Source: Squalus acanthias (Eukaryota). From it: a DNA stretch of 64,000 nucleotides. This document shows positions 62,187 to 64,000 of this stretch, piece by piece. The DNA is taken from NCBI GenBank assembly GCA_030390025.1, contig CM059438.1:68388001-68452000 (forward strand), read 5' to 3'. The notes beneath the pieces were generated by a model, which saw only the letters and a program-made list of their open reading frames with translations, was not told the DNA's origin and searched no databases. Made by a program: the position numbers and the translations under genes. Position 1 is the stretch's first letter, and every line of letters starts with the position of its first letter.

Positions 62187-64000
62187 GGGCTGGATTTTGC
62201 CAGTGTGGGCGGGCTGGGGCATGTCAGGTGGAAATCGTGTCAGGAGCCCAACTCCTAAGTGAAGTGTTTAAAAGTGGGATTTTCCCCTAATTGGGCAATT
62301 GATTTCCTGCGTGTGGGAACCCCTGGCCCAATGAGTCTTTTCATACAGAAAGTCGCCTCCGATGACGCCATCAATGCTGCGGGACTTAAGGCCTGCAAGC
62401 AGCCTTGCTTCTTCTGGAGACTGTCCCGACAAAGTCCACGATCAAGCAAAAGTGTGCGCCTCGGTTTGATGAGGCCTCCCTCCAAGCTCTGGTACATGGA
62501 GCCAAATGTTCCATTCCTCAGGGAGAAAAAAGCCACCCCAGCAGGCTGTGTGGCTGCAAGTGGCCGAGGAGGTGAACTCCATTTCAATGTGCTGCAGAAC
62601 CTGGCTGGAATGAGGAAGAGGTTTCATGACATTCTCCGCACAGGAAAAGTGAGTATGACTTTCCCATCACCCTCAATCTGATCCCCATTGCCTCTCCACA
62701 CCAGCACTCTGCTTTGCCAACTTCTTCCTCCACATCCCACTTGACACTTACATCCCTGCACCCTTACCCATTCCCTCTCTCTCTATGGTCACATTCACTT
62801 AACTATTCTACCATGCAGCCCTCACACTCCCTATCACTGTGACACAATGACAACAACAACTTACAACACACAGGGAGGGTCCTTTGTATTCTTCTAAGCA
62901 TCTATGCTATGGATTCTCTACACTCACTCCTTCATTCTTACACAAACTCCACTTGTGTTCCTCATTGCAGGAAAAGAGAGCCCACAATAAGAGGGAAAGA
63001 GCCATGACAGGAGGAGGGCCACCCTCAGTATCCCAGCTCACCCCCTGAGCGGAAGCGGCCCTGGAAATCGCTGGGATCGAGGACAATACCCAAGTGGGGG
63101 ACGGACAGACGGGCGCATCACAGCAAGCTGGTGACAGAATAGTTTTCCATCTCTCTCATTGACATTGCATGAGTCACTGATATTGAATCTGATGCTCTAA
63201 CAGATTGACTTATGATCATCTGCACTATTCAATGTGCATGTAACCTTGACCTCACATCTCTAACTCTTTCCTTTACTCCCCCATAGGACCATCGAAAGCC
63301 CCCGTCACCACTGTCCAGGAGGAAGAGCCTGAGCTTCCAGACTCCTCAAAGGAAGCTGCAACCTCTGAGGGCGCAGCGTCAGCAGAATTCAGCGCACCCA
63401 GCACCAGCGCAGACACTCACACCTCGGTGGGACCTTCGCGAGATAGAGTTGTGTTGGCACCTGGTGTATCACAGCTCACAAGTGAGCATCAGCAGATGGT
63501 GGAGACAGGGTCAGCAGTGGAGAGTCCTCGTTGGAGGGCGCAGGACTCTGCCAGCTCGGCTCAGCTGCATGTCGACCCCGTGCCTCCGGGTCCATCCAGA
63601 AGGAGAGCGGTGCTGGAACTCCAGGAACAGGTGCAGGAGTCTCTGGCAGGTTTTGTCTCCAGAGTCGCTGCAAGTGTGGAGCGAAACCCGGGCAGCAATG
63701 TTGTCGCGTGCTGGCGCCTTCTGGCCCATGCAGCTTCAGGTGGGTGACAAGCAGCTTGGCGCTCCTGTTGATGCTCCTGTTGTTGGTGCTGCTGTTGTTC
63801 ATGGTTCTGCTGCTGCCGCGGCTGGTCTTTGTCCGAATCTGATGTCCTGGAGGAAAGGAATTAAATGGCCGCCATGCTTCTGGTATATGCCTCAGTTGAG
63901 GAAGCGCTCAGTCAAGGTGGGGAGAGGGGTTTCCCAGGAGGTCACACTGGAGATGGGTGTCAGGCTCCAAACTTCCACAACAATGAGCAGGCCTGCTAAA
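62187..64000 (+). mobile_element. Harbinger family B deletion derivative (3-exon Myb pseudogene plus transposase N-terminal stub), running off the window
   Basis: Starts GGGCTGGATTTT; Myb exon 1 ends 62648, exon 2 is 62971-63130 (contains TGA), exon 3 starts 63287; minus strand at about 63876-63690 encodes a Gln-rich transposase N-terminus. Confidence 0.88.

Overview
Vertebrate nuclear DNA, inferred to be cartilaginous fish (probably a shark) from its repeat content: CR1 and L2 LINEs, tRNA/Deu-core SINEs resembling SacSINE1, and Penelope terminal-repeat remnants. I could not recognise any intact host protein-coding gene; the window looks intronic or intergenic and is dominated by transposable elements. 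The main signal is a dense PIF/Harbinger DNA-transposon community. Two elements carry a HARBI1-like DDE transposase converging on a Myb/SANT-like gene (28908-32245, 56849-59342). Three retain the spliced three-exon Myb gene without a transposase core (from 17409, 19649, 62187). More than ten non-autonomous TIR elements share a GGG-start terminus and often have 3-bp A/T-rich target-site duplications. These elements share CRE-like promoter palindromes, family-specific subterminal motifs and consensus splice donors. Other features: a Penelope-type foldback with two minimal hammerhead ribozyme motifs, an RTE LINE with a perfect 14-bp TSD, a 25-bp minisatellite, a candidate solo LTR, two short local duplications, and a speculative decayed membrane-protein retrocopy. 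All family and protein assignments come from motif recognition, not database searches.
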